A DNA stretch of 64,000 nt, taken from positions 62,001-126,000 of the forward strand of contig RSEE01000026.1 in the NCBI GenBank assembly GCA_003971905.1. The letters run 5' to 3'. This document shows, piece by piece, positions 24,804 through 36,124 of the stretch; within the stretch, counting starts at the first letter, position 1; each line of letters starts with the position of its first letter. This stretch comes from Moniliella sp. 'wahieum' (lineage: Eukaryota). The position numbers were made by a program, and so were the translations under genes. The notes beneath the pieces were generated by a model. That model did not search any database, was not told the origin of the DNA, and worked only from the letters and a program-made list of their open reading frames with translations.

Positions 24804-24895
24804 CCCTTTCCCTTTCCCTTTCCCTTTCCCTTTCCTTTCCCTTTCCCTTTCCTTTCCCTTTCCCTTTCCCTTTCCCTTTCCCTTTCCCTTTCCCT
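24804..24895. repeat. (CCCTTT)n microsatellite, about 15 units
   Basis: Read directly; two units lack one C. Confidence 0.95.
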
Positions 24896-26038
24896 GTGAT
24901 GTCCATTGCTGTGCCCCGGTATCCTTTTTCATATGGGTCTTTTAGTACTCTGTGGTACATGGATAGTTAAGTACTCTCCCTCTATGTTTTCCTAAAGTCT
25001 CATTTCCCCCTCTCGTCTGTGCATGTGTAGTTGTTGCGTCCGCATGTTCCACATCCTGTACTTTCCTCGTCGAGACGGCTTTTGAATGAAGATGTGTTAT
25101 ATGCCTGTGAAGCTGGCAAACTCTGTGTAAGTCATGATAATATCGTCGTGTGGCGAAAATGATCAAGCTAAGCGTGCTGATATGTGTACCAGCATAGTAG
25201 TTCCTTGTCGATCGAGAGAGGTGAAGCCGATGGCTTTTGAAAATCACACCGGGAAGTCTCAATGGCACACACTATACTATAGTTTCAGGGCGGTAACCCT
25301 TCGCGGGGGAGGGCAAATCCGCAACTTCCAGTGCACTACAAAAACGAGACGGAATTCATCCAATGCCGGTATAGCGCTCCGATGTGGCACCGATTCGGAG
25401 ACTATATGGTATGCATGGTTCCCTGGCAGAGAGAGACTTGGTTGAATAAGGAAGTATCCATAGTAGACAGGACAGAAAGGAAAATGGTGCCTTGAAACGG
25501 CAATATCAGTTTTGCGCAAGTGAGGTACAAGTGTCTCACGGGGCCCGTAACAACAAGTGAGGTAGGGACAGGGAAACACTTAGTAGTACGCTTATCAAGC
25601 GGGGTTGGCGCTAAGGCTCAGCTCTCGCTCAGCTGGCGGTTGCTGCAGTTTACGCTCGCCAAAAGTGACAGCGTCTTGTTGGGACACTAGTGCGGTGTGC
25701 CAAAGGCATAGCCGGACTCTGGCGCTCCCAGCCACTTCCATCCAGCGGCTAGCTCCGCTAGTTCCGCTCGGGCGGAAGTGTGGCTGGCCGACAGGCCTGC
25801 TTCTAGAAGTCCCGGCAGTCGTAGCTCTTAGTCTTCTCTCTTCCACTCCCTCCTCTCCTCCCTCTCCGCTACTCTCTACTATCGCTCACCAGCAATCAAT
25901 CCCTATCGTCTATTGACCCCAGTTCTTGATTGCTGTCTCGCTTGGCATCGGGATCCGGTCACATCAGTCTATGGCGTCGGCGGCGCGTCAAGACTGAGTG
26001 GAAACGGCAAAGTAAAACAAATTTGGGCAGGCCAAAAA

Positions 26039-26124
26039 AGGTCCCACTGGGATTCGAACCCAGGTTTCAGGAAGTTACTGAAAGAATCAGAATCCTACTT
26101 GCTAACCAACTACAATATGGAACC
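26039..26124 (-). tRNA. tRNA-Gln(CUG) with a 13-nt intron (26074-26086)
   Basis: Minus strand: GGTTCCA TA TTGT AGTTGGTTA GCAA G TAGGA TT CTG A [TTCTTTCAGTAAC] T TCCTG AAAC CTGGG TTCGAAT CCCAG TGGGACC T. All four stems pair, the intron sits at the canonical 37/38 position, and a T-run Pol III terminator follows. Confidence 0.95.
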
Positions 26125-27365
26125 GTTGTTCGGACAAAGCCATACCTGCACTAAAAAGTGTAGGTGAACTCATTTGGACGGACTGCATGTCGGGGGGATG
26201 GAATTGTCCTGGTATGGGATGGTGCTGTGGTGGCATAAGGCAACTAACGACACCTAGTCCAGGGATAACAGGCCCCAGGCCCCACACAACAGGGGGCTTA
26301 CTATATTGGCTGTCGAGAACAAAAAGAAAACGGAAGGAAGCAAAACTACCGGAGCTCCTATTACTATAGGTTGATGCAATGAGACCTGGAGTCCTGATGG
26401 TCCTCGAGGGTGATGCAATCGCACTGGTGATGGTGGTGGTCTAAGCCAACCAGTAACGCCTACAGAGGAACAACAAGCAGCAAGTCGCCACCAGGGCTAA
26501 GCTGAGAAACAAGGAATGACAAGAGAGAGAAAACAACGGAACTCCCAGGCTTGAGGAGGAACTGAAGGGACGTTGACCAAGCACGAGCCACTCGGCGGCT
26601 CAACATAGGTCTGAGAGGAGAAGCTCTGAGACTTGAAGAAGCTTGAAGTGAAGAGGAACCGAAGAGTCCTTCGTTGGCGCCAAGCACGGCCAGTCATCCG
26701 CACATGCTACGGCTCCTCGGCTAAAGAAAGAGCTATACAGAAGCGCTGGCAGCTCTCCAGTGTGATGTGCATCTCTCTCTCTTCAAGCTTCAAGCTTCAC
26801 TGTCTACCACCTCTGATTCGGCACTCACAGTACTCACAGACAGTACACTCATCATCGATGCGGCCGCACCTGTTGTTGCCAAGCCCCGATCTGCATGACT
26901 CACTAAACACGACTGTGGCAAAAAGGTGTAGATCCAATTGGCTCGACGCGCTCTGAGGATGCTGCGGCCTGTCCTTATATATATCACTTTGGTAGTAGAT
27001 CCCCACAAAGCTACCAGAAACGTCACAAAGGACAGCATTATATGTGGGAAGCATTTGTCCACATGCACCTTCCCCACTCTCCAAACTCCGCCTACTCGTG
27101 CCATCGCACCATACACCATTATTAGGAAGAACCCCACTCGCACACACACATCAGTGTCTTACTTCCTCTTTCGGCTCTGCCCTTGTTACCCCCTGCATAT
27201 TTTTGTGCGCGTGTCCTCTTCGCTTGCTTCTGCTTTCGCACTTCTTGTGGTGCTTCTCGGCGCTTACCAACACCTGTATTATTCGACAACAATACGAGGT
27301 GCATATACCTCTTCCTCTTTTCGTCTTTCCTTTTCCCTTATCGTCCTCTTCTCCACAACCACACC

Positions 27366-28107
27366 ATGCTCCCGCTTGCCCCGTTGCTTTGCCATCCTCG
27401 TCACTAGTCTGCCCAGTGCACTTTCGGCTGCGGTGGGTCGGATGCGCGAAGAGGCAGCCCCAGGGGCGTATCTACCAGGCCAAGTCGGAACTGCACCTCA
27501 ACTTTGCCAACTCGAACGTGTCTGCTGTGGTCAAGTACCTGGACAGTTTCTTACAAAAAATGGTGGGTTACTCGGCCCAACAAGAAAGCAGAAAAAGTGA
27601 TGGAATGGTACAGGCGAATAAACACGACTAACTCTCCGTTGACAGAAACTACGGCTCTCCCTCAGCTAAGCGTCGGGCACCACTTTGCCCGCTCGCAAGA
27701 ACCAGAGGCCAAGAATGTTTTTCTCTATGTCGACCCGTCGATCTACGGCACGAATGGATCGCAAGTAGCGCTGCATGCCCTGGTGGCCAATGTGACACTG
27801 TCGTCCTGTTCTGTGGAGGGAGGCCTGGTCAACCTGACCTACAATTCGGACGATATTCTGGCGAAGTATCTCACTCCGACACCCTACCTGGGGGAAGCTG
27901 TGCACACCTATACGCAACTGCTGTTTCCCCAGCCGGCCGGATGGAAGTTTCCGTCTGAGTATGACTATGTCCTACCCCTCAGCCCCGCCAACGTCACCCG
28001 CCTGTGGGCCTGCACTTGGCCAAGTTTGTCCATGCAGCTGCGCTGGGAATCCGGTGGCGGCAACGTACTACAATATGTCCAAGATCCCCGAGCCTAGCTC
28101 GAGCTGA
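27366..28107 (+). CDS. Secreted PEBP (phosphatidylethanolamine-binding)-like protein
   Basis: Hydrophobic signal-like N-terminus. Intron at about 27535-27643 (GTACCT...ACTAAC...CAG). Motifs FLYVDPS, LHALVANV, YLTPTPYLGEAVHTYTQLLFPQP and F..A.LG.PVAATYY fit the PEBP pattern. Confidence 0.75.
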
Positions 28108-28650
28108 AGAGCGCGGCGGGTGGGGATGCATCACATGATGCATGATGTGCATGATGATGTGCATGATGCAGGTTGTGCTTTTTTTTTTGCCACCTGCGTC
28201 ATTCGTCTCTCGGGGTATACACGTGACCAAATTGTTCCGACCCCGCGCCTCTCTCTCTGTTCGTTCTTTCCCATCAACGTCATCAATTAACCTGTGTCAT
28301 CGCCACACCCTCCTTTTCTCTCTTTTTTTTTCCTCGTCGACTCGACCGGATGTACTCTTGCTAGAGGCCAAGACTGGCTGTGGTGCAGGCAGTCAATGAT
28401 CGATGACCGGTGACCCCCGTCTGACACAAGAGGATAGAAGAAGTGATGTCATGGAGGAGGAGAGGCGGAGCCGGACAGCCAGGGGGAACCACACATGTGT
28501 GTGAACACCACATGAGGAAGCGACAGAGCTTCTTGAAGCTTGATCGAGCAGACGTGGATGGCGTGTGGCTGAAGCAAACGGTGACCAGGGGGGACTGGTG
28601 TTGGATTCGCCGGGTGTGGCGGTGGCGCGGGCACAGGCTGCGACAGGATA

Positions 28651-28690
28651 CCACCTGCTACCACCTGCTACCACCTGCTACCACCTGCTA
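28651..28690. repeat. (CCACCTGCTA)x4 minisatellite
   Basis: Four exact copies. Confidence 0.95.
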
Positions 28691-29159
28691 CCACATGGCC
28701 CCACAGGGACCGTGGGTGAGGAAGCGATGGGTGATATCCCGGACGCGGCATCGGAATGGGAATGCCAAGTGCGCTGCGTGGCTGGGCGGGTGACGTCACC
28801 CGCCACGCGTGCGATGGAGAGGCGCCCAGGCACGGCAGAGCATGATTCGGTACTCACGCGCCACGCGTCACGCAACACTGCTCGCGAGGCGCAGGCTGGG
28901 CAGGTGCGGGGCGTGTGCTTAGGTAAGGCGGCAGGCGCGGGGGCAGCGCCGGGCAGCGCGGGGAGGCACACAGGCGCGGTGCGAGCCGCAGACGCGGGAG
29001 GGAGGCGAGGCGCGGAGCGCTGATCCAGATGCTGGTGCTTGTGTGCTCCCGGCTGCCTGCTCGCCTCCACCGCACTGCCGCCCGTCGCGCCCCTCGACGC
29101 TCCGCCCGCCCCGCCCCCCCACGGCCGCAGCGGCGTCCGCAGCCCTGCCTCCCCTCGCC

Positions 29160-32100
29160 ATGGACCTCGACACGCCCGCCGTCTCCCGCCCCTCCCTCTC
29201 CCGCACCCGCCGCCGCAGCGCCGCCCGCGTCTCCCCACCCGCGCCCCGCCAGCGCCGACCGCAGCGGCAGCCCCACCGGCAGCATCCGCTCCCAGCATCT
29301 CCCCCGCCCGTCCGGCGTCACCAGCTCCAGCACCGCCGATCTCGCCCACTTCTTCCGCACCACCGCCCCCCCCGCCGCCGCATCCGACGACCCTCCCTCC
29401 CTCTCCTTTCTGCGCGACGAGCCTGCCCCGCCTGCCCGCCGCCGCTTCCTGAGCCGTGCCAGGGACGCCGTTGCTCAGGGCATCGCTCGGCGCAACACCA
29501 ACCCTGCGACCACCCCTTCGTCCCCGATTCCACGTGCCCACAACGAGCACGACCTTCCCTCCACCTCTGCAGGCGCTGCTCTCGACACTGAGAGCCTGGC
29601 TGCCCTTGCTGTCAATGGAGGCGAGGAGACAGATGTGGAACGCGAAGTGCTCGCTGAGCCCACAGATGGCGGTTCGGCCGAAACCCGCTCCCTGGCAGGG
29701 GAAGGCTTCCCGCGCTCCTTTGGTTCGAGGGATGAGCCCCAATCCAATACCGAATCGCTCTCTCTGTTGAGATGCCCCTCTCCTCCACCTCGGGCTCAGC
29801 GTCCAACTCGGGGTCCGATTCGCGTTCCTTGCGCTCCGTCCTCTCACCCCGTGTGGGCAAACTTCCTTCCCTCCCGATGCTGCGACCTTCTCTGCCCACC
29901 TCCGCCTCGGCCCTGTTCACCCGTTCCTCGCACGACAGAGACTCGGACTCGGCTTCTGTCTCGGGCCTGGACGCGGCACCACCAATCCCCCCCTTAGCTG
30001 AGCCCAAATCCCAAGCCGAGCTTGATTTTGAGGCGGAGCTTTCCAATAGCAACTTTACCAAAGTGCTCATGCCCTCTGGTTCCTCATACTACACTGCTGC
30101 CCCCACAAGTGAGGAGACGGGTCACATGTCCAGCACCGGTGCCGGCTCGCAAGGACACTTTGCCGCTGGCTTTGCTCGCCGCCCCAAGCAATCACTGATG
30201 GGACCCCACTCGCCTCTTGGATTCACACACCCTCAATGGGATTGCGAATGGGTTGAAGCGCCATCCCACGCCGTCACCCACTGGGCCTTCTCTCATCCCA
30301 CCAGATCGACAGCCCATCTCCTCCGCCGACGGCTCCAGCCTCTCTCCCGCCAGCATCCCCTTCCCGTCAGGCTCTGGGCGCAAGCGCACCACCCCAATGC
30401 GGTCGGAAGCACCAGCCCAATAGGTTTGGGGGCAAAGGCGGGAAACCATCGTCCCGCACGACAAGTGCTGCGTCCTCTTCTCTCTCCTCGCCTCGCCGTC
30501 CTGGCCGAAAGTCGTTCTCTTCTGCACGGGAAAAGAGCAGACGGGATCGAGACAAGGAGTTGGCTTGGCTCCCCTCGGGCAATGCCCCGGCGCCGGATCC
30601 AACCCCTTCATTTCCTCCCCCCCAACCTCCCAATCTTTCGGAGGAAAGAGGGAAAGAGCACGGGTGGTTGGGTCTAGGGCTCCACGATACGGCAGGAGAC
30701 AAGAGTGCCAAGCCGTCTCCTTCTACCTTACCCGTATGTCAAGCCATGTCCCCCTCTCAATCTTGGACGGATGGGCTCCGCTTGGGTCAGCCTTCCACTG
30801 CACAGGGCTTCCCTGCGCCGATGCCAGCTTCTCGATTACTCTCGTCCTTGTCTTCCACCTCAGCTGGGGTAGAGAAGCCATTACATTCCCCCTTATTTTC
30901 TCCAGCCCCGGGTCCGCCTTTGGCTCCTGGGCTTACTTTGTCTTCTGATCTGTCCAAAAGTGGCACCGAAGAGCCGCATGTTGATCCTGGTCAATCCTCC
31001 GAAGAACTCAAAGATGTGTTGAAACGGGTTGCTCTCGTTCCCTATGGTGATTTGGATTCCAACTCCTCCAACGTGGATCTTTGGCTGGCCTTGGAAGCAA
31101 CGCGCGCCGCTTTGATCCTCTCTGCGCGTAGTCAGCAAACTCGTCTGTCCAGTTTGGAATCGCTGTTGTGGCGCTCCCTTCCCAGCTGGACCCCGCTCCC
31201 TCATCTATGACCCCACGCGACCCCTCGCTTCCGGTCGAGGTGCGGGCGGCACTTCGCTTTGCTCCCCCCTCCTTCCCTGGGGAAGGGATTGAGGGCTTTC
31301 TGGCTCAAGTGTGGGAACAGGTTGGCCCTCCATTGCACGCAGAGGAGGCCGACATGTCGGATCGGCGATCCAACAAGGGCGATGTCAGTGGCGCGAGTGG
31401 GGGTGAGGGGCGATTCAGCTCGAGCACGGCGGATGGGAGGTATTCGGTGGGCTCGCCAGTGTATACAACCAGTTTACTCTCTTCCTCTGTTGTGCCCCCA
31501 CGCTCTTCGGCCTCCCCCCCCCCAATACGGCGACGACACTCCCTAGGTCGGTTTCTGGAGCCGGCACCCGTCCGATGCCTACCAGTCCTTCCTCTGCTTG
31601 GCTAAAGGGAAAAGCCGCGGCTTCTTATACACGAGCCAGTACTCCTGCTCAGCGGGACTCACAGGCCGAGGGGGAGACGGTATCGCCACCATCCACACCG
31701 GCACGGTCCTCGAGCAAGTTGCCCTCCTCCCTTCCGCCTTTGACCTTTCAGTCCATGTATCCATCTACCAGCGAGGCCCCTTCTCCTGGACTGGGTCTCG
31801 TGTCACTTCATCCGAGTGGGATGGGGACGGTTCACTCTTCCACAACTCCAAGTACCACCACGGCCTCCCTGCACACTGCGGCCTCGCATACCTCCCACCC
31901 TTCTCGGCCAGGATCCACCCGCACTCCCTTTCCAATCGGACGTCCGCATCGATTGCCCATCCCAGGCCGGAGAGCTTGCACTCGGCCGCCTCGCCGAGCC
32001 TCGGATCGGCCGCCTTGCACCCCAGTTTCTCCCCTGGCCTCGACCCCATCCTTGCCACTCCGCATCGCCGCACGCCACCTCCGACGGCAGTCACGCTCAC

Positions 32101-32206
32101 TGCCCCCACCCCCGCCCCGCCCACTGCGACGTTCAAGGCGAGCCAGGCCATCTCAGAACGGGACGCGGCGTTGTTTGCCAAATTTGCGCAAACCGGCTTG
32201 CGCTGA
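29160..32206 (+). CDS. Large S/P-rich hypothetical protein (multiple frameshifts)
   Basis: Chain of overlapping plus-strand ORFs from MDLDTPAVSR to ...FKASQAISERDAALFAKFAQTGLR*. Ordered helical patch SEELKDVLKRVALV...LWLALEATRAALIL at about 31000-31170. Confidence 0.55.
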
Positions 32207-32382
32207 GAACTCGGCGGGTCTGCCTCCCCTCCCAAGTCTCCTCTGCTCCCATCCCCCGTTTGCCTTTTTCCGCTTGCCGTTATCTGCTTGCCGTTTCGCG
32301 TCTCGCGTCTGAGCTTGCTTTCTCGCCTCGTACGACCCGTGTCGCTTTTCCACCGCTTTGCTCTGTCTATCCATGCTATGTC

Positions 32383-32440
32383 TGCTGTGCTGTGCTGTGC
32401 TGTGCTGTGCTGTGCTGTGCTGTGCTGTGCTGTGCTGTGC
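32383..32440. repeat. (TGCTG)n pentanucleotide microsatellite, about 11 units
   Basis: Read directly. Confidence 0.95.
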
Positions 32441-34198
32441 CTCTTTCCTTCCCTTCCTTTGTTTTTGGAGCGCTCCCTGTTCGGGGTTCTTCGTTCGTTC
32501 GCTCGTTCGCTCGTCCCTTCGTCCGGCCCGATACCCTTGAAGCTTGATGGATATGCCCTTGGTCTTTGTTTGGAGCGGGAGGGGGGAGGGGGCCATGCAC
32601 ACCCGGTAACGCGCAACGCGCAGCGCCTTTTCCAGGGGAATGGGGCGTCGTATTGGGCTTGTTACGCTTGGTTCGCGGCCCGCCCGGAAGCTTGAAGCTG
32701 GAAGCTTGGAGCTTGGAGTTTGGTGCTTGGTGCTTGAGGAGCCTATAGAAGTCTTTTGGACTTCACTTGTATCTTCCCCTCTGTCTGCCTCGCTTGTTGT
32801 GCCTATCTACGACGCGGTTTTATCTATAGAGTGTGGTGTGCATGTGTGACGCGTAACGCGTACCGTGGTGGGAGCGCGGTAGCTGGGATATAAAAGCTCG
32901 CAGCTGTGTCCGTCCTTTCAGAGATCTGACGGGTGCCCCGCCTTCTACGGAGAGAAGCGGGCAACATAGCAGGCGCATTTTGATTGCCAACGACAAGAAC
33001 GTTACTGAGCTCGCGAACCACCACATACGTCATGCGTCAGGCCAGGTTCCCTACGTGCGGGACAGAGAACGGAGCAGTGGTGCTGGTGCCAGCAGATGAC
33101 AGCTAACGCATCCGCACGCATTATTGGAGGGCCCCGTCATCGCGGCACCGGCACCGCTCTCCCGTGCCTTCAAGCTTGAACTTCAGCTTCAAATGCCACA
33201 TGCATGTCAACGTTCAACCGAAGCGCGTGGACACGTTGCGGGGAGGCACGGTGCGGGGACCGACGTGGGTTATGCGGGCCATCGGATGGTGGACCCGGGG
33301 CGAGTGCCCAGCGCCCACCGGAGGCCCAAGGTAAGGGGAGCCGAAATGTCATTAATGACATTAATGACATGGTATGTGACGCGTGACGCGCGACGCCCAA
33401 ACCAAATGCAACCCTGCTTGTCCAGGGCCTTGGGTTATATGAACGTGGCCGCAGGAGGGTGCGCTTGGTGCGCTTCGTTCTGTGGCTGACTGAGTGGTTG
33501 CTGCTTTTGCTGCGGCCCTTTCCCGGTGGAGGGGGAAGCGGTGGGAACTAGCTAGATCAGCGCGATTAGCCAATCCGTGCCAGATCAGGTGCATGATCAG
33601 ATGCATTGCATGATTGCCAATGTGGAGACGATCGAATGAGAAGCTTCATATGGTGCCTTGTATCGCTCGACTACTCCTTGCTAAGCTACATCATGTCAGA
33701 CCCAGGCATCAGGCGCTCAGGGGTAATACATTAGAGGAACATGGGGGGGAGAACGTGTCAGCTGACGCACTATCATGCGGTTATGGTTCCTTTCCCAAGC
33801 GGGCACGGCGCGCGTGACCTTTTGAGGGTGTGGGGGGCGAGGGCAGCGCGCCCCCGGAGAGGAAAAGGGACCCCAGGGTTCAGACAGTGGTACGCACATG
33901 TACATAATCTGCTTTTGGCAGCAAAAGGAAGAAGGCGACGGGCTTTGTTGGCGCTCACATGCACTCACAACGCCCCGTCCTTTCATGCGTGCGCGTGATC
34001 CGCACCACTGAAGCAGACGCTTGCCACACGAAACTCGCTTCGGCAAGTCTCCCGGAAGCTCCACAAGTTGCTCCCACCGGATATATATATGTGGCGCTCC
34101 ACACAAGTATTTAGTATGCCCACTAGCGTCTCCTATTCTTTTGATGCTCTCCATCAACTACCATTGCTGCCACCCCACTACCCCCTCGATCAAAACCA

Positions 34199-35924
34199 AT
34201 GTCCCAGCCCGGTCCTTCCATCAACTATCCGCCCCCGGGCCAGGCTCCTCCTTCTGGCCCGAATCGGCCGCGGCGCGGCCCCATTCGTCTTGTCGTCCTG
34301 TGCGATGGCACCTGGGCGTCGCGGGAGACTGTGTTCACCAAGGTGCAGCACGGCGTGGCCACATCCAAGAATGCCAAAGAAGATTGGTATACCAATGTGG
34401 CCCTGTTGGCCCAATGCATCCTCCCTGCCGCCGACCGGGCTGATGCGAACGGGTATGTGCGCCCGCAAGTCATTCACTACCTGTCTGGGCTGGGGGCGAC
34501 GCCCAACTTGGAGGAAAAGATTGTGCAGGGAGCAACGGGGGATGGCATGGAGGACAAAGTGCTGGAGGGCATTCGCTTCATTTACGACAACTATCAGCCG
34601 GGAGACGAGATTTTCCTGTTTGGCTTCTCGCGCGGTGCCTTTAAGGCGCGCTGTATTGCGGGGGTGATTGATTTTGCTGGCGTGTTGACCAAGTCGCAGA
34701 GCATTCGGCTCCACGAACTGTGGCAGGCCTACATGGACCGTCGGCCAGACGAACCATGGACGATTGCCAAGGCGTGCTACGTGCTGCATGACATCACTGG
34801 TCGTTGGCCCAATGGCAGCACAGTGGGCGTCACCAGTGTGGCGTCGGATCTGGTTCGGGGCACCTTTGTTGAGAAAGTTGGCCAGTCCCTCAAACGCTTG
34901 AGTCTACCTGCCTCTGTCTCCTTCAATGCACTCGCACATGAAGCCAATCCTGCCCACCCTGTCATGCCTACTCCTACGGTGGAGGTGGTGCCGATCAAGG
35001 TAGGTGTGTGGGACACAGTCGCGGCTCTCGGGGTGCCGGGACTGTTCAAGACGTTGGGCAACGAGCACTTGAGTTCGTTCTTTGACCCGGGTCTGGGCGT
35101 TGGGGTAGAGAATGCCTTTCACGCGCTCTCTCTTCATGAAGATCGCAAGGACTTTTTGCCGACGCTGTGGTACCAGCAAAAGACGGCGCCTCCAACCCAG
35201 GTGTTAAAGCAAACCTGGTTCCAAGGTTGTCATGCCGACGTGGGCGGAGGCTACTCCCTCCACGGCTTGTCCGACATCACATTGGCTTGGATGGTGGCAA
35301 ACCTGCGCGACCACCCTTCTGGCCCGCTGCTGGGGATTGACCTTGACCATCTCAAGTCACTGCAGGACAAACGGTACGCCTGGGCCAAGCAGACGGAGCA
35401 CGAGAGTCGGATTGCGATCGAGGCGCAAGCGGTGCGCCAGGTGGACACTGAGCGTCTGACCCGGGCGAATTTGGTGGGTGTTGTGTGGAGTGACATGCTC
35501 CAGGGCAACAGTAGCGCTCGGCATGAAGCCCTTCACTATTCGGTCGTCGTTGGTGGGAATTATGACCCTGCCAACCCCCCAGTTTGAGTCGTTGCGCAAG
35601 GAGGACCCGAATCGTCTCAGGTTCCTCTGGCAACAAGCTAGCAACCCCAACACGCTCCTCCCTACCGAGCGGGCCCTGTCTTGGGGCGTCGGGCTAGAGC
35701 CACCCGTCACGGAACAGACCATGCAGGACAAGGCCTACGACCATATGATGCAGGCATCCGAAGGCATGCAAAAGGTCGCCGAACAGTTTGTCAACAAGTT
35801 CCATGTTTCCGATACTCACAACCTTCGTCCTGGTTCGCTGGGTCAGGGCATCGAAGCGGTGCGTTCGCGCTTTGATCACAACCCCTTGACGATGAAGCAG
35901 CGCGTCGAGAAGGACAGCAACTAG
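34199..35924 (+). CDS. DUF2235 / Tle1-like alpha/beta hydrolase (putative phospholipase)
   Basis: RLVVLCDGTW, TNVALL, YLSGLG, IFLFGFSRGAFKAR (GxSxG), VGVWDTVAALG, HALSLHEDRKDF, QTWFQGCHADVGGG, LSDITLAWM. One frameshift in the C-run at about 35575-35580 joins to ORF 35478-35924. Confidence 0.93.
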
Positions 35925-36124
35925 GAATGGCGAAGACCTCTGGTCCTACTATCAATATGAGTTGGCATCTTGACTATATGACGAAGAAGTTCCTTAGGGA
36001 ACCCGCCCATATAAGGCTGCAAAAACACACTCTATAGTATGTTGCATGTTAGACGCTGTTTATTGATCAGAACAAAAGTGCACAAGAGAGCCATAAACAT
36101 GACAAGCTCAGGACGAGCTGTTGC

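Noticed and set aside
24804..24895. Telomere-like repeat
   Set aside because: The unit is CCCTTT, not CCCTAA, and it is interstitial.
28678..29847. Long G/R/A-rich antisense ORFs (also 22776-23375, 23743-24624, 43078-43959)
   Set aside because: Shadow ORFs of GC-rich coding sequence on the opposite strand.
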